Positions 1 to 17,569 of a stretch of DNA of 64,000 nt are shown here, piece after piece. Location: assembly GCF_009914755.1 (NCBI RefSeq), contig NC_060943.1, one strand, 5' to 3'. The stretch is from the human T2T-CHM13v2.0 reference genome, Homo sapiens. The translations under genes and the position numbers were made by a program. Each line of letters opens with the position of its first letter. The first letter of the stretch is position 1. Under the pieces are notes generated by a model. That model did no database searches. It had not been told where the DNA came from and worked only from the letters and a program-made list of their open reading frames with translations.

Positions 1-325
1 AAATCAATGATGAAGAACAAATTTTGAAAGCACCTAGAAAAAGTGACAGCATTGATCATGGAATGACTTGCTTTGTAATACATGTTACATACGTACAAGC
101 CCAGAGGGGTTAGGCATGTCACATAAATGGTTGAATTGATTAGAGCAGAGCAGTGAGGAAGTGGAGAGTGAACATCCTGGCTACAGCATGTAAAAAGTTT
201 GCAGTGTTGTGACTCACAAAACATAAGGCCTGAAGGCGGAATTTTAATTACGGGACACCAGGTTCTATCTCATAACTCCAGAATCACAAGGCAGGGTTAA
301 GGGTTAGGAATGCCCGACCTCCGTC

Positions 326-556
<231 letters not shown>

Positions 557-677
557 TTAGAAAGTTGAGAAGATACCAACCATAGCTGGTCCCCAGGAAT
601 CGCTAGTGCAAAGCTCCCGAGGTTAGACAGAGGTTAGGGTGCTAGAAGACCACTCAAGGCAGGGTGGTCAAAATTTA

Positions 678-1059
<382 letters not shown>

Positions 1060-1397
1060 TTAAATTTCATAGATGCCAGAGAGGAGCTTCCTACCTGTGG
1101 AGCTGGGGATGGAGGATGTGGAAATCCCTGGGGAGAATGTAGAAGTCACTGGAGCTGAGAAAAAAAGAACATGGAGAAATGATTGGGTGTCTTCCTAAAG
1201 GAATATGGGACAGGAACTGCTCATTGGAATTTGGACTTCTATCTTGACTCACACCAAGACCTTGACGGGTTAGGGGCTGCTCTGAGGCTGTGGCTGGGCA
1301 CGTAGGGAGGGAGAATGATCAGTTTCTCTTCTGAGGAATGCACCTTGGGGAGGAAGGGTCCCAAGGGCATTGGAATATCACAGGTTTGAATACTCAC

Positions 1398-1433
1398 TGC
1401 TGGTGGCAGGGGTCCAGTACCGACGGTTATAAC
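1398..1433 (-). CDS. MUC16: MUC16 exon 7, 36-nt microexon (SYNRRYWTPATS)
   Basis: ttcctccctatctgcAG acceptor, GTGAGT donor; paralog of exon 6. Confidence 0.93.
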
Positions 1434-2012
1434 CTGCAGATAGGGAGGAAAGAGTAAAGAAGGACAATTATGATGGGTGAGAGGTAGGGGAGGGGAAGAT
1501 GGTAGATCCAGAAATGGAAATAATGGGAAACTTTCATGATGAGCCCATCTGGGCTATCCCTCAGCCAGCCAGAGGGAGGGGAGGGGCTTCCACCTTCGAT
1601 GTGTGACTTCAGCTTGCAAGGGAACCTCCATCTCTCAGCCCAGAGTGGCCAAAGTTGAACAAGTCATGGACATTTCATTGAGAAGAGGTGGGGCCAAGAT
1701 CTTTTGTGAATAACGGATAATGGCTATATTTTATTTGGTACATATTTTGTGCTTTGTCCTTTGACAATAATGGTGGAAATCATCACTATTATTATTCCTG
1801 AAATAAAAATACCATAATAGCTGTCCCTATTTATTGGGAATCTAGTATGCACAAACAATAATAATAAATACATTACAAGGGTGGAAAGACACATGTATGG
1901 ATGAGTGTGCTTTCTACCCATAAAGATAATTTAGTTTGATTCTTACTCTCTCAGCTTACCTCCTTTCACAAAATTTCATGATAGTATAATTTTTTTCCAA
2001 CTTACTTTCTCT

Positions 2013-2049
2013 GTGTGTGTGTGTGTGTGTGTGTATGTGTGTGTGTGTG
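2013..2049. repeat. (TG)n microsatellite
   Basis: Direct reading. Confidence 0.95.
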
Positions 2050-2138
2050 ATGTAGAATTGACAAAAATGCGATGGGTGAAGGGAGTGGTGTTTTTAGGTA
2101 AAAGTACAGAGAAATGAGGGATAGAAATGGTTCATATG

Positions 2139-2643
<505 letters not shown>

Positions 2644-2739
2644 CTAGGTCATGGATTGCATCTCCTTTGAGGCTCTGTGAGAGATACAAGGAAAGACAGA
2701 ACCCAGGGCAGCCCTGTTATTTATCTGGGTTGTTCCTGA

Positions 2740-2835
2740 ATTATCTCATTTGATTATCAGAACAATCCCACGTAGTATTTTTATTCCATTCCACAGAGGG
2801 GACACTAAAGTCTGGGGAGGTTACATGGCTTGTCC
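2740..2835. mobile_element. MIR fragment
   Basis: ttatctcatttgat...acaatcc...gaggttac.tggcttgtcc resembles the MIR core. Confidence 0.55.
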
Positions 2836-3306
2836 TGCATCCAACAAAACAGACATCTGTCTGTCATTCAATAGTACCACACTGTTAAGCCATGCCCTAA
2901 ATTAGTCATAATCCTATGGACACAGAACAGGATGTGTACTTGATACTACAATGAAATACTTTCTGTGTATTATCTCCTATGTCAAGGAGAGAGGAGTATA
3001 TAACCTCTATTTCAAGTCAGATATAAAGGAAATCTCCAAGTGGATTCAGAAGGGAAGTAACAAATTCAGCATTAGGTTAGATCATTAGCATAGAGGCCAT
3101 TCATGCCTCATTCCTGTCCTGAGATTGGGGCTTGCTCTATTTGGACGATCCACAGTGATGTCTTGTAGTTAGGAGCCTGGAGTTTTCATGAGTCTCCAAT
3201 CTTCGGTTGGAGTTTTCATACTGTCCTGTGTCATAACTGAGTAATTCTGGGCTAATTACTTCCTCCCTGGATGCATAAATGCTCTCTGTAGAAATGAGTA
3301 TAGTAA

Positions 3307-3771
<465 letters not shown>

Positions 3772-4142
3772 TAAACAGTTATTATTTGAGGGGTATTTGC
3801 TCAGGGTGGGGTTATTTCATGAAGTCAGTGGATTCCACTGGCCCATGGAAACTGAGAATTTGCCTTGAGTTGTCATGATGGAGAAAATGAAGGGGAGGAG
3901 GGTGAACTGGGCACCCAGTGCCCACTGCGGAGACTCAACCATAGGACCCTCCCTCACCCATTTCTTTCCCCGTCGTCTGCAAACTCCAGCTGGGCTCTTA
4001 CAGGATCAAGGTGGAGGAGGAAACATTTCATACCAGGAGGTGAAAGGGAAGAGGAAATTGGCCTCCTTTGATGTGCTAGGCATTGAAAGATGAGCCCTCA
4101 GAGAACTACGAGATTTGTACCAGAACTTGGAATCTGTGTACA

Positions 4143-4567
<425 letters not shown>

Positions 4568-4638
4568 TTATATGTGGATTTTTGAATGCATAGGGGTCAG
4601 CACCCTGAACCCTCATGCTGTTCAAGGGCCCAGCTGTA
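4568..4638. mobile_element. Tigger/MER8-like terminal fragment
   Basis: ggggtcagcaccc...gttcaagggcccagctgta resembles the recalled Tigger2/MER8 end. Confidence 0.5.
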
Positions 4639-5008
4639 GTAATAATTGCCAGGAAGGAAGTGAGCATAGAGGTAGAATAGAGATTGGCTGTGTGCAAGAT
4701 GCGTATACAGGGGAAATGCTACTTTATAAAGGGTGATCCAAGCTGAGATTTGAAGGACAAGAACACCAGGTGCAAAGACTCTGAGGGTGGAGGGATGTTT
4801 GGACCCTGGAGGAAAAAAAAAATGAAGCTGATATGGCCAGAGATGATTGGACACAGCTTATTCACTTACTCCGTTCTAAAAATGGACACTGAAGCCTGGA
4901 GAGGTTACATGGCTCTTCCGGGGCCACACAGTGAGCAAAAGAGAGGACCAGGACTTAAAGCAAGACCTGTAATTTACCAAAACCTACACCATTCATTACT
5001 GCTTTTAA

Positions 5009-5393
<385 letters not shown>

Positions 5394-5419
5394 TCAATGA
5401 CTATTGAAATACAAGTTTT

Positions 5420-5990
<571 letters not shown>

Positions 5991-6500
5991 TGGAAGCTTT
6001 AAATCCAGGCAAAAAGAAAGTGTCCAAGGTGGTATAGTGAGGACATCATTAATCAAGCATTAGCTTAAATTGTTGGATGAGATTGGACAGAGGGGGACAC
6101 GCTGAGACTTGGTGGGCATCAGGACTCAGACCACACAGCAATTAATCAGCCACTGAATGGCAGCCGACGTTTCATGGGAGCTGGAAGCCAGATTCCTACC
6201 TGTAGCGCTGGGGGTGGGGCTCACAGATACGAGAGGCCTTGGAGAGAACATGGAGGTCATCGGAGCTGAAAGAAAACGCAGCGTGAATCGGGTTTGTTGG
6301 GTCCTATCATTTAGCGAGGGGAGAATAGGACTCTTGGTGAGCACTGGCATCTGTGCCTTGGCTCAGCCTGAGACTTTTGCTATTCTGGAGTTTCTGTGGG
6401 GATGAGAACCTAGGGAATGGGAGATACTTTCCTCCTGGAAGGCAGGCTTAGGGAGGAAGAATTCCCAGGGCATAGGGACTTCAGGGCCATGTTTACTCAC

Positions 6501-6536
6501 TGCTGGTGGTGGAGATCCAGGACCGATGGTTATAAC
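6501..6536 (-). CDS. MUC16: MUC16 exon 6, 36-nt microexon (SYNHRSWISTTS)
   Basis: ctctctctctgcAG acceptor, GTGAGT donor; phase 1-1 and open frame. Confidence 0.93.
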
Positions 6537-6667
6537 CTGCAGAGAGAGAGGGAGAGGAAGGAAGAACGAATCAGAGTGAGAAGACAGGAGGAAGTTAAGA
6601 GAGGAAGGAGGGGTAGAACTCAAAACACAGGTGCACCAACCCTCCTGTGTGCTTTCTCTGAGGTTCA

Positions 6668-7172
<505 letters not shown>

Positions 7173-7839
7173 TAGTTAACTGCCTCCTACACTGATGCTC
7201 ATGATATCCTCACCCTCATTATCATTAACAACAATGACAATAATCAATCGCCAGAGGCCCCTTCTTATTGTGGGGGTTCACTATGTGGCTGGAATACTGC
7301 CACCTTCATTAAATAAATGATGGGGACAAAATTTTCTGTTTCCAGCCTTATTTGTGTTTCCTTCATCCATTACGTATAATTTTGTCATTGCTGTCTGAGT
7401 TTTTCCTCTTTCCCAACTTTTCAAAGACAGGAAAGACTTTTGGCAGTATAGTTTCTGGAATTCTTTCGTGTGAAATTGAGATAATAAGAGGGGAGGGAAA
7501 GAGAGAGAGAGAGACTGACTATGGGGAGGGGAGAGGCTAGGGGGTCCGCAGGAGATGATAAAGTTGCAGAATGAGAAGAAATGAGGAAAAGGGGATTTTA
7601 GTAAGTAGGGTATGTTCTGAAACATGAATTAGATCCTCTTTGGCACTCTGTGAATAGTGCAAAGAAAATTTAGACTTATTTTACATTTGATGGTCTGACT
7701 GATTTTCTTGAAACTTCTGAGACTGGTCCAAGTGGAGCCCTGTGGTTTACTTGGGTTATTAGGATTTTATCTTATTTGATCTTCACAATAATCTTAGGTG
7801 ACATTTTAAACATTAAAAAAAAATCCATTCCGAAAATAG

Positions 7840-8443
<604 letters not shown>

Positions 8444-8444
8444 T

Positions 8445-8626
8445 AGGGAGAATGGGGAATGGGAAATTATTCCTTCAGTCCTGTTTGGGGTGATAAAAAA
8501 AGTTTTGAAAACAGATAGTGGTGAGGGTTGCACAACAATGTGAATGTATTAGTACTGCTGAGTTGTACAATTAAAATGTTTAGAATGGCAAGTTTTATAG
8601 TATTTATATTTTACCACAATAAAAAA
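8445..8626 (+). mobile_element. Old L1 (L1M-type) 3' end abutting the exon 5 donor
   Basis: gatagtggtgagggttgcacaacaatgtgaatgta...ttttaccacaataaaaaa. Confidence 0.75.
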
Positions 8627-8637
8627 GTTATTCTTAC

Positions 8638-11600
8638 TTGTTCTTGAGGTCACACTCTCAGAGGCCAAGGTGGACATCCCAGGTGTGGTCAGAGGAGTAA
8701 AGAGGCTTCCAGCCAGTGTATTGAAGGTGGTTGTTGTCTTGGCCACAGTGGGACTGGAACCTGTGGTAGCTAAATTAGTGGCTTCAACCATTGTAGTTCT
8801 CAAGATAGTGGTTGGACTCACTCCTTCTCCATGACTGGTTTTAGGTGGTGTTGGCATCTCTGATGGTATCAAGGTCATAGTGGTGCCTGTGACAGTCCTG
8901 GAAAATTCTGGGGGTCCAACTGAAGTTACAGATGGTGAGGTTTCTGTGTTCCAGGAGGTCACAGTTTGGGGCTTATCAGTTGTTATAGAGGCACTGGAAA
9001 GCCCAGAGACAGCAGGGGAAACAGTCAGAGTTAGAGTACTCGTGCTGGTCTCTGCTGAAGAGCTGGTGGCCAGTAAGCCTGTAGTCTCTAGTAAACCAAG
9101 GGAAAGAGTTGAAGTTGGAATCATTGTGCTGGTTTCTGTCCCTGGATGGGTGGAAAGTGGGGCTGTTTTTGCAGAAACACCAGGTGAAGCAGTTGGACTT
9201 AGATCAACTCTGCTGGTTCCAGTTACAAGTAGGGTGAAGAGAGAGGATGTTGTCTGAGTTGGGAGAGCTGTGCTAGTCTCTGCACCAGGTCTAATGGTGA
9301 GTGAGGCTGTGGTCTCTGATACTTGAGGAAACACAGTTGAAGCAGGAAATGTTTTACTTGTCTCTGTTCTGGGATGGGTGCTCAATAAGGCTGTGGTCTC
9401 TGGCATACCAGGAGAATGAGTCAAAGTTGGAACAGTTGTACTGGTTGCTGCCCCAGAACTAGTGATCTGTGAAGTCACCATCTCTGGTGCACCAGGTGAG
9501 ATTGTTGTCAGTACAGCTGAACTGGCTTCTGTCCTAGGACTGGTGGCCATTACAGGTGTGGCATCTGGACTACTATGGGAAAAACTGGAGGTTGTTCTGG
9601 AAACAGGTGTGCTGGTCTGTGGAGGATGAGTGACCCAGGAAGCCATTGTATCTGGCTCACTAGAGGGAACAGTCCGAATTGGAACAGTGAAGCCAGTCTG
9701 TGTCCCAGGATGGGTAGCTGATGAGGCTGTGGTCTCTGGTTCACCAGGAGAAGGAGTCAAAGTTGGAATAGCTGTACTAGTGTCTGTTGCAGAACTAGTG
9801 ACCTGTGAGGTCACTACCCCTGGTATACTGGGTGGGATGGTTGTAGTTGGAACACCTGACCTCGTGTCTACTCCAGGACTGGTGACCATTGAGGGTGCAG
9901 TGTCTGATCCCCTATGGGAAAAGTTGGGAATTGTCCCAGAAACCGTTGTGCTGGTTTCTGCAGGATGAGTGAGCCACGTGGCTGTAGTCTCTGGTTCATA
10001 TGGGGTCTCACTCAATGTTGGGAAGGTTGTACTGGTGTCTGTCCCAGAACTAGGGACCAGTGAGGTCACCAGATCTGACATATCAGGTGAGATAGTTGTC
10101 GTTGAAACAGCTGAACTGGCTTCTGGCCCAGGACTGGTGATGGCTACTGGGAGTGTGGTGTCTGACTTACTATGGGAAAACTTGGGAGTTGTCCTGGGAA
10201 CCATTGTGTTGGTCTCTGCAGGATGAATGAGCTGTATGGCTGTTGTCTCTGGTTCATATGGGGTCTCCGTCAGTGTTGGGAAAGTTGTAGTGCTGTCTGT
10301 CCCAGAACTGATGACCAGTGAGGTCAGCATCTTTGATGCATCAGGGGAGACAGGGAGAGTTGGAATGGCTGAACTTGTATGTGTCTCAGAATAGGTGATA
10401 AATGAGGTTGTGGTCTCTGGCTCACCAGAAGAAAGAGTCAGAGTTGGAATAGTTATACTGGTGTCTGTCCCAGAACTAGTGACCTGTGAGGTTACCATAT
10501 CTGGTACATCAGGTGAGACAGTTATTGTTGGAAAATCTGAAGTGGCTTCTGCCCCAGGACTGGTGGCTATTGATGGTGTGGTGTCTGGTTCACTATGAGA
10601 ATAATTAGGGGTTGTCCTGGGAACTGTTGTGCTGGTGACTGCAGGATGAGTAACCCATGAGGCTGTTGCCTCTGATTCATGTGGGGACTCAGGCACTGTT
10701 GGAAAAGTTGCACTGATGTCTCTCCCAGAGCTAGTGACCAGTGATGTCAGCACACCTGGTATACCAGGTGAAATAGTTGTTGAAATGGCTGAGCTGGATT
10801 CTGCCTCAGGACTGGTGACTGTAGAAGGCATAGTGTCTAATTCACTGTGGGAAAACCTTGAGGTTGTCCTGGGAAGAGTTGAGCTACTCTCTGCAGGATG
10901 GGTGACCAATGAGATATTTGTAAACGGCTCACCAGTGGAGACAGTCAAAGTTGGAACAACAGAACTTGCTTCTGTCCCAGGATGAGCGACCCATGAGTCT
11001 ATGGTCTCTGGTTGACTTGAGGCAACAGTTAGATTTGAAAACGCACTGGTCTCTGACCCAGAACTAGTGACCAGTGAAGTCACCAGCCCTTGTACAGTAG
11101 GGGAGACACCTAAAGTTGGAATGGCTGAAATCATCTTTGCCTCAGAATGGGTGACCAATGAAGTTGTGGTCTCTGGTTCATCAGAAGAAATAGTCAGAGT
11201 TGGAATAGTTGTACTGGTTACTGCTCTAGAACTAGTGACCAGAAAGGTCACCATTCCTGGTACCTCAGGTGAAACAGTTAGAACAGCTGAGCTGGCTTCT
11301 ACCCCATGACTGGTGGCCATTGAAGGTGTGGTCTCTGGCTCACTAGAAGAAAGAGTTAGAATTGGAATAGTTGTACTGGTCACTGCCCTGGAACTAGTGA
11401 CCAGAGGGGTCACCACTCCTGATACCCCAGGTGAAACAGTTGGAGTTGGAACAGCTGAGCTGGCTTCTGCCCCATGACTGGTGGCCATTGAAGGTGTGGT
11501 TTCTAGTTCACCAGGAGAAAGAATCAGAGTTGGAATACTTGTACTGTTTACTCCACTAGAACTAGTGACCAGAGAGGTCACCACTCCTGGTACCTCAGGT

Positions 11601-13317
11601 GAAACAGTTGGAACAGTTGAGCTGGCTTCTGCCCCATGACTGGTGGCCATTGAAGGTGTGGTCTCTGGTTCACCAGGAGAAAGAGTCAGAGTTGGAAGAG
11701 TTGTACTGGTTACTGCCCTAGAACTAGCAACCAGAGAGGTCACCATTCCTGGTACCTCAGGTAAAACAGTTGGAACAGCTGAGCCAGCTTCTGTCCCATG
11801 ACTGGTGGCCATTGAAGGTGTGGTCTCTGGTTCACCAAGAGAAAAAGTCAGAATTGGAATAGTTGTACTAGTCACTGCCCTAGAACTAGTGACCAGAGAG
11901 GTCACCACTCCTGGTACCCCAGGTGAAACAGTTGGAGTTGGAATAGCAGAACTGGCTTCTTCCCCATGACTGGTGGCCATTGAAGGTGTGGTCTCTGGTT
12001 CACCAGGAGAAAGAGTCAGAATTGGAATAGTTGTACTGATCACTGCCCTAGAACTGGTGACCAAAGGGGTCACTACTCCTGGTACCTCAGTTGAAACAGT
12101 TGGAGTTGGAACAGCTGAACTGGATTCTGCCCCATGACTGGTGGTCATTGAAGGTGTGGTGTCTGATTTACTATGGAAAAAAATGGAAGTTGTCCAGGGA
12201 ACTGTTGGGCTGGTCTGTGCAGAATGCGTGACCAATGAAACTGTTGTAGCTGGTTCACCAGGGGAGTTTGTCAGAGCTCGATTAGTTGTACTTGTCTTTG
12301 CCGCCAAACTGGTGACCATTGAGGTCACCAACCGTGATACAGCAGGCGAGATAGTTGAAGTTGGAATGGCCGAACTTGTCTGTGCTTCAGGATGGGTGAC
12401 TAATGAGGCTATGGTCTTTGGTTCACCAGGAGAAAGAGTCAAAGTTGGAATAGTCATATTTCTGTCTGTGCCAGAACTAGTGACCTGTGAGGTCACCAGA
12501 TCTTCTGCACCAGGTGAGACAGTCATAATTGGAATAGCTGAACTGGTTTCTGCCCCAGGACTGGTGGCTATTGAAGGTGTGGCATCTGATTCATGATGAG
12601 AAAAATTGGGGATTGTTCTGGGAATAGTTGAGCTGGTCTCTGCAGGATGAGTGAGCCATGTGGTTCTTGTCTCTGTTTCATGTGGGGACTTAGTCAGTGT
12701 TGGGAATGTTGTACTAGTATCTGTCCCCGAAATAGTGACCAGTGGGGTCAGTGCATCTAGTTCACTAGGTGAGATATTTGTTGGAATGGCTGAGCTGACG
12801 TCTGCCCCATGACTGGTGGCTGTGGAAGATACAGTGTCTAATTCACTGTGGAAAAAATTGGGGGTTGTCTTGGAAACAGTTGGGATGGTCTCTGCAGGAT
12901 GGATAACCCATGAAGCTGTTGTATCTGGCTCACTAGAAGAAACATCTAGAGTTTGAATAACCGGACTTCTCTCTGCCCCAGAACGAGAGACCAGTGAGGC
13001 TGTGGTCTCTGATTCTCTATTGAAAACAGATGGGGTTGTCCTGGGAAGAGCTGTGCTGGTTTCTGCTCCCAGGCTGGTAGCCAATGAGGATGTCGTTTCT
13101 GGAACATCAGGGAAAACATATGGGGTTGTGATCATCATTTCTGTGGGGATTGTGCTGGCCATTTGCATTGATGCATTGAGGGGAGTCAGTGTTCCCAAAG
13201 TGGGAGTATAGACACTGGTGGTCAAGGTGGCTCTGGAAGTGGTCTTCAGAGCTGTGGTGGTGGTCTTCAGAGCTGTGGTGGTGGTCTCCATTCTTTTTGT
13301 CCCTCCTGTGTGTAGTC
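8638..13317 (-). CDS. MUC16: MUC16 exon 5 (4680 nt, PTS repeats)
   Basis: Lies within the 1596-aa ORF. Acceptor ccccaatttacAG|GA, donor A|GTAAGA at 8637; 1560 codons. Confidence 0.96.
9400..13000 (-). repeat. Exon 5 coding repeats: 162-168-nt core units and ~250-nt extended units
   Basis: tgaaggtgtggt anchors at 11321, 11489, 11651, 11813, 11981 and 12149; THPAET-type anchors about 250 nt apart. Confidence 0.9.
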
Positions 13318-13499
13318 CTGTAAATTGGGGAATGGGCACACAATTTGAACAAAATGATTACACTTACTGGACTTGCAATAGCTTATTTATTCTCCACAGG
13401 AGGAAAGGGAGAGAAATGTCTCTCGGTTACTAGGATGTGTCTGGGATGCTTCTGGAATGGGAAAAGAGATTGTGATTGGTATTCCCCTATCTTACCTTG

Positions 13500-14130
13500 G
13501 TCTGTAACTTGGTTGCATCTTCACCTATAACTCCTCTGTGAATTCTTGACCGCTACTCTATTCCCTCTTCCCATGTGTTTCCTGCACTGTCAGCCTCTGA
13601 GCCTTGTTCAAGCTCTTCTCTCTGCCTGAAGTGCCCACTTCTCATCAGATTCCTTAAGTTCTGCCATTATTGAAATCCAAGCCCACATCCACCTTTACAA
13701 ATTCACTCCAGAACTCATCTTTGCTTCTCAATATTTCCTTATCACACTGTCTGAATCTGCGTTGTACCATCCTTCACAGTCTCATTTGTAACAGCTATTC
13801 ACGTCTGACTGTTTGGCATACGGTAAGTGCTCAACTAATATTTGTTGAATGATTGAATGAATGAATATGTGGATGGATGTATACTTAAGTGGATCTCCTC
13901 TGACTTGAGAGAGATTAAGTATTGTGTATCATGTGTTTGAGAGCTTGGGCTCTGGAATAAGATAGCCCTGCCTGGGATTCTGGCTCTTTCTCTGAAGAGA
14001 TGGGTGGCTCTTTAAGTTAAAAAATATTGCTGGACCTCCATTTTCCCATCTATAAAGTGGGGATAAGTACAATGGCCATCTCAAAGTGTTAGTAAAAAGG
14101 CGCCAAGCACAGTGCCTCCTGGGTCACGAT
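13500..14130. mobile_element. L2 and MIR fragments
   Basis: gtgctcaa...tttgttgaatga (L2 3' end); ttttcccatctataaagtggggataa (MIR). Confidence 0.6.
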
Positions 14131-14134
14131 AAGA

Positions 14135-14890
14135 CATTACTACTATTACCACGACTATGACCTGCTATTGCTACTGTTATTACTATCACTTCTCCACCTA
14201 CCATTACTGCTGTTATTGCTACTGTTACTACTACCTACTGCAATGGTTATTACTATGATTACTACTACTAGTACTGCTACTACTACTGTTACTACCACTA
14301 TTACTATTGCTACTGTTACTGCTACCACTGCTACTGCTACTGTTACTACTACCACCACTCTACCTACCATTACTGCAGTTATTACTACTGTTACCACAAC
14401 TATTACTACCTATCACTATGGTTATTACTATGGTTACTGCTACTTACTATTACTACTGCTGTTGCTATTACTATTGTTACTACCACTACCACTTAATATT
14501 ACTACTCTACCTACAGTAGAGTAACAGCAGTAATGGTAGTGCTCTGTCATTACTGCTGTTATTACTACTGTTACTACTAATATTACTGCCTATTGCTATG
14601 GTTATTACTATGTTATTACTATGGTTACTACTATTACTACTATTGTTGCTACCACTATTACTTATGATTTCTACTGTCACTACTACCACTGCTACTACCT
14701 ACTACTACTACTGTTACTACCAACACAACTCTACATACCATTACTGCCATTATCACTACTATTACTACTAGTATTACTGCTTATTGCTATGGTTATTGCT
14801 ATAGTTACTACTACTTACTAGTGCTATTGCTGCTATTGTTACTACCACTACTACTTACCATTACTACTGTCACTACTAATAATTCTACTA
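14135..14890. repeat. Degenerate (TAC/TAT/TGC)n triplet array with ~170-190-nt higher-order period
   Basis: cattactgc...tggttatt anchors near 14201, 14367, 14547 and 14738. Confidence 0.85.
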
Positions 14891-15340
14891 CAAAATAAAC
14901 ATTTGCTAAATAGAATTCTCCACCAACCACACTAGACACTACCAGAGCTGACCAAGGTGACTGGAATACCTTTGAACAAGATTCCAGTAGCATTGATGAG
15001 ACAGCAGCTGCTGACCAGGCTTTAGAAAATGGTTCCTAGGGAAGAGGAAAAACTGGAGGCTTCTCTATAAAGCCCACAAAGCCTACTGGAGCTTGGTAGA
15101 GAAAGGGGGTAAAATGAAAGGGATTTTGACTCTGATTATGGAGCAGTGTCCCTGTGTTGCTGGATATCCTCTAAAAACAATATGTCTGAGAATGCACTCT
15201 CAAGTGCTTCATGTGTATCTAACAATAATGGTGACCATGATGGTGATTATGTTGATGGGAAGGAGGAGGAGGAGCAATTGCAAAGCACTTGACATGCACT
15301 GTCTTTTTGAACCTCACAAGAACATTAAATGGCACATTCT

Positions 15341-15687
<347 letters not shown>

Positions 15688-15925
15688 TTACAGGAGAGAA
15701 AGAGAAATCCAGAGACCACAATTTACCAAGGTCACACACAGCTATTGACAGGGCAAAAACTTGAACATCATCGTATCTAAATCCTAAACCCATATTATTA
15801 ACCATTGCATTATATTAATTCACTAAAGGAACTTCTGGATCTTGTGGGGACCAGAATGGAAAGAGAATGAAGTGAGGTGAAAACGCCCATCTAGTAAGAT
15901 GGATCTTAGGATACATTCTCCAGTT

Positions 15926-16138
15926 CAGTGGTTCTCAACCAGGGGCAGTTTTGCTTCCAGGGGACACTTAACAATGTCTGGAGATATTTTTGGTTGTCAC
16001 AACTGTGTGTGGGCAGAAGGTATGGCATCTAGAACAGAGGCCAGAGAGGCTGGTAAACATCCTACAACGCACAGCACAGCCCCCATCGCAGAGAAGTATC
16101 TGCCCCAAATGACAATAGTGTCAAAGTTGAGAAACCCA
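15926..16138. mobile_element. MER20-like hAT element
   Basis: cagtggttctcaacc...gttgagaaaccc terminal inverted ends; internal match to recalled consensus. Confidence 0.75.
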
Positions 16139-16575
16139 GATTTTTATTTATTTATGTATTTCATATTACTGCCTTTTAAAGTGAAAATTTTGTTTCAGAC
16201 TTTATTCAAAACAGAAGGAGGAATTACTAAATATTGTGACAAAGAAAACATATAACAGTGATGTCATAAACCATCTTACATTTATATCGTGTTTTTATTC
16301 CCCCCATTGTACTTACATATTGTGATTTAGCTCTCCAGTGATGACAAACAAAAATAACCCAGGAGCTCACCCATCTTCTTTATTTAAGTGACAGTTAAAA
16401 AAAATGTACAGTTCCAAATTTTTCATCATGGGAGATATAATCCTAGATATTTTTTTGAAGTTTCTCTTACAAGAGAGTTATGTCTGTTTTTCAACCAGGG
16501 CATACATAAAGGCTGTTAATTTATACTTCCTTTTCCTACATTTGCTAGAACTATTGGGATGCATTTTCAGACATA

Positions 16576-17024
<449 letters not shown>

Positions 17025-17287
17025 TAATGAGCATTTTTAAAATTTGGTTAATATGGACAAATTTGTGAATATTTGATGTTGGACAAAACTCACTCAGCAT
17101 GCCATGAGGAGAAAGAGAAGTGGTAACATCTGCCTGGTAACCATTAGATAAAGACTCAGTTCAGACAGGGAAACCTATGACAACCACACACAATTCTCTC
17201 TCTAAAGAATACAAACATTTTGTCTCTCTGGAGGAGGAAATATGGTCACGAGTGGCATTACTGGGAGGTAAGCAAAGTTAAACCTAC

Positions 17288-17401
17288 CTTTAGGACTGGC
17301 AGGCGAAGTGGATGTCTGAGGGCCTTTGACTGGTCTTATGGTACCTCTGTGTGCTGCTTCATTGGGTATTTTTGTGATGTGTTCCATAATGCCATCAGTT
17401 C
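17288..17401 (-). CDS. MUC16: MUC16 exon 4 (114 nt linker exon, RTDGIMEHITKIPNEAAHRGTIRPVKGPQTSTSPASPK)
   Basis: Acceptor ccttcatcttcAG, donor AAG|GTAGGT; phase 1-1. Confidence 0.95.
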
Positions 17402-17569
17402 CTGAAGATGAAGGTGGGGAGAAAAACTGGGGTAACTCATCTCATTCAGAAGAAGAGCACTGTCTAAATGGATCCACTTCATTGGCCACAAACACTCCTC
17501 AAGTCCATCAGTATGAACTGGAGCTGGGACTATGTGCCATAAGTGGCCACACCTGTCCATAGATCCATC

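Noticed and set aside
3950-4060. Pyrimidine tract ending ...tttcAC|CTCCTGG and a GTGAGG site as a dead SEA-cassette exon
   Set aside because: No AG, and the peptide similarity is too weak to support by eye.
11300-12200. Regularly spaced repeats as a CRISPR-like array
   Set aside because: Eukaryotic in-frame coding tandem repeats with homologous, non-unique inter-anchor sequence.
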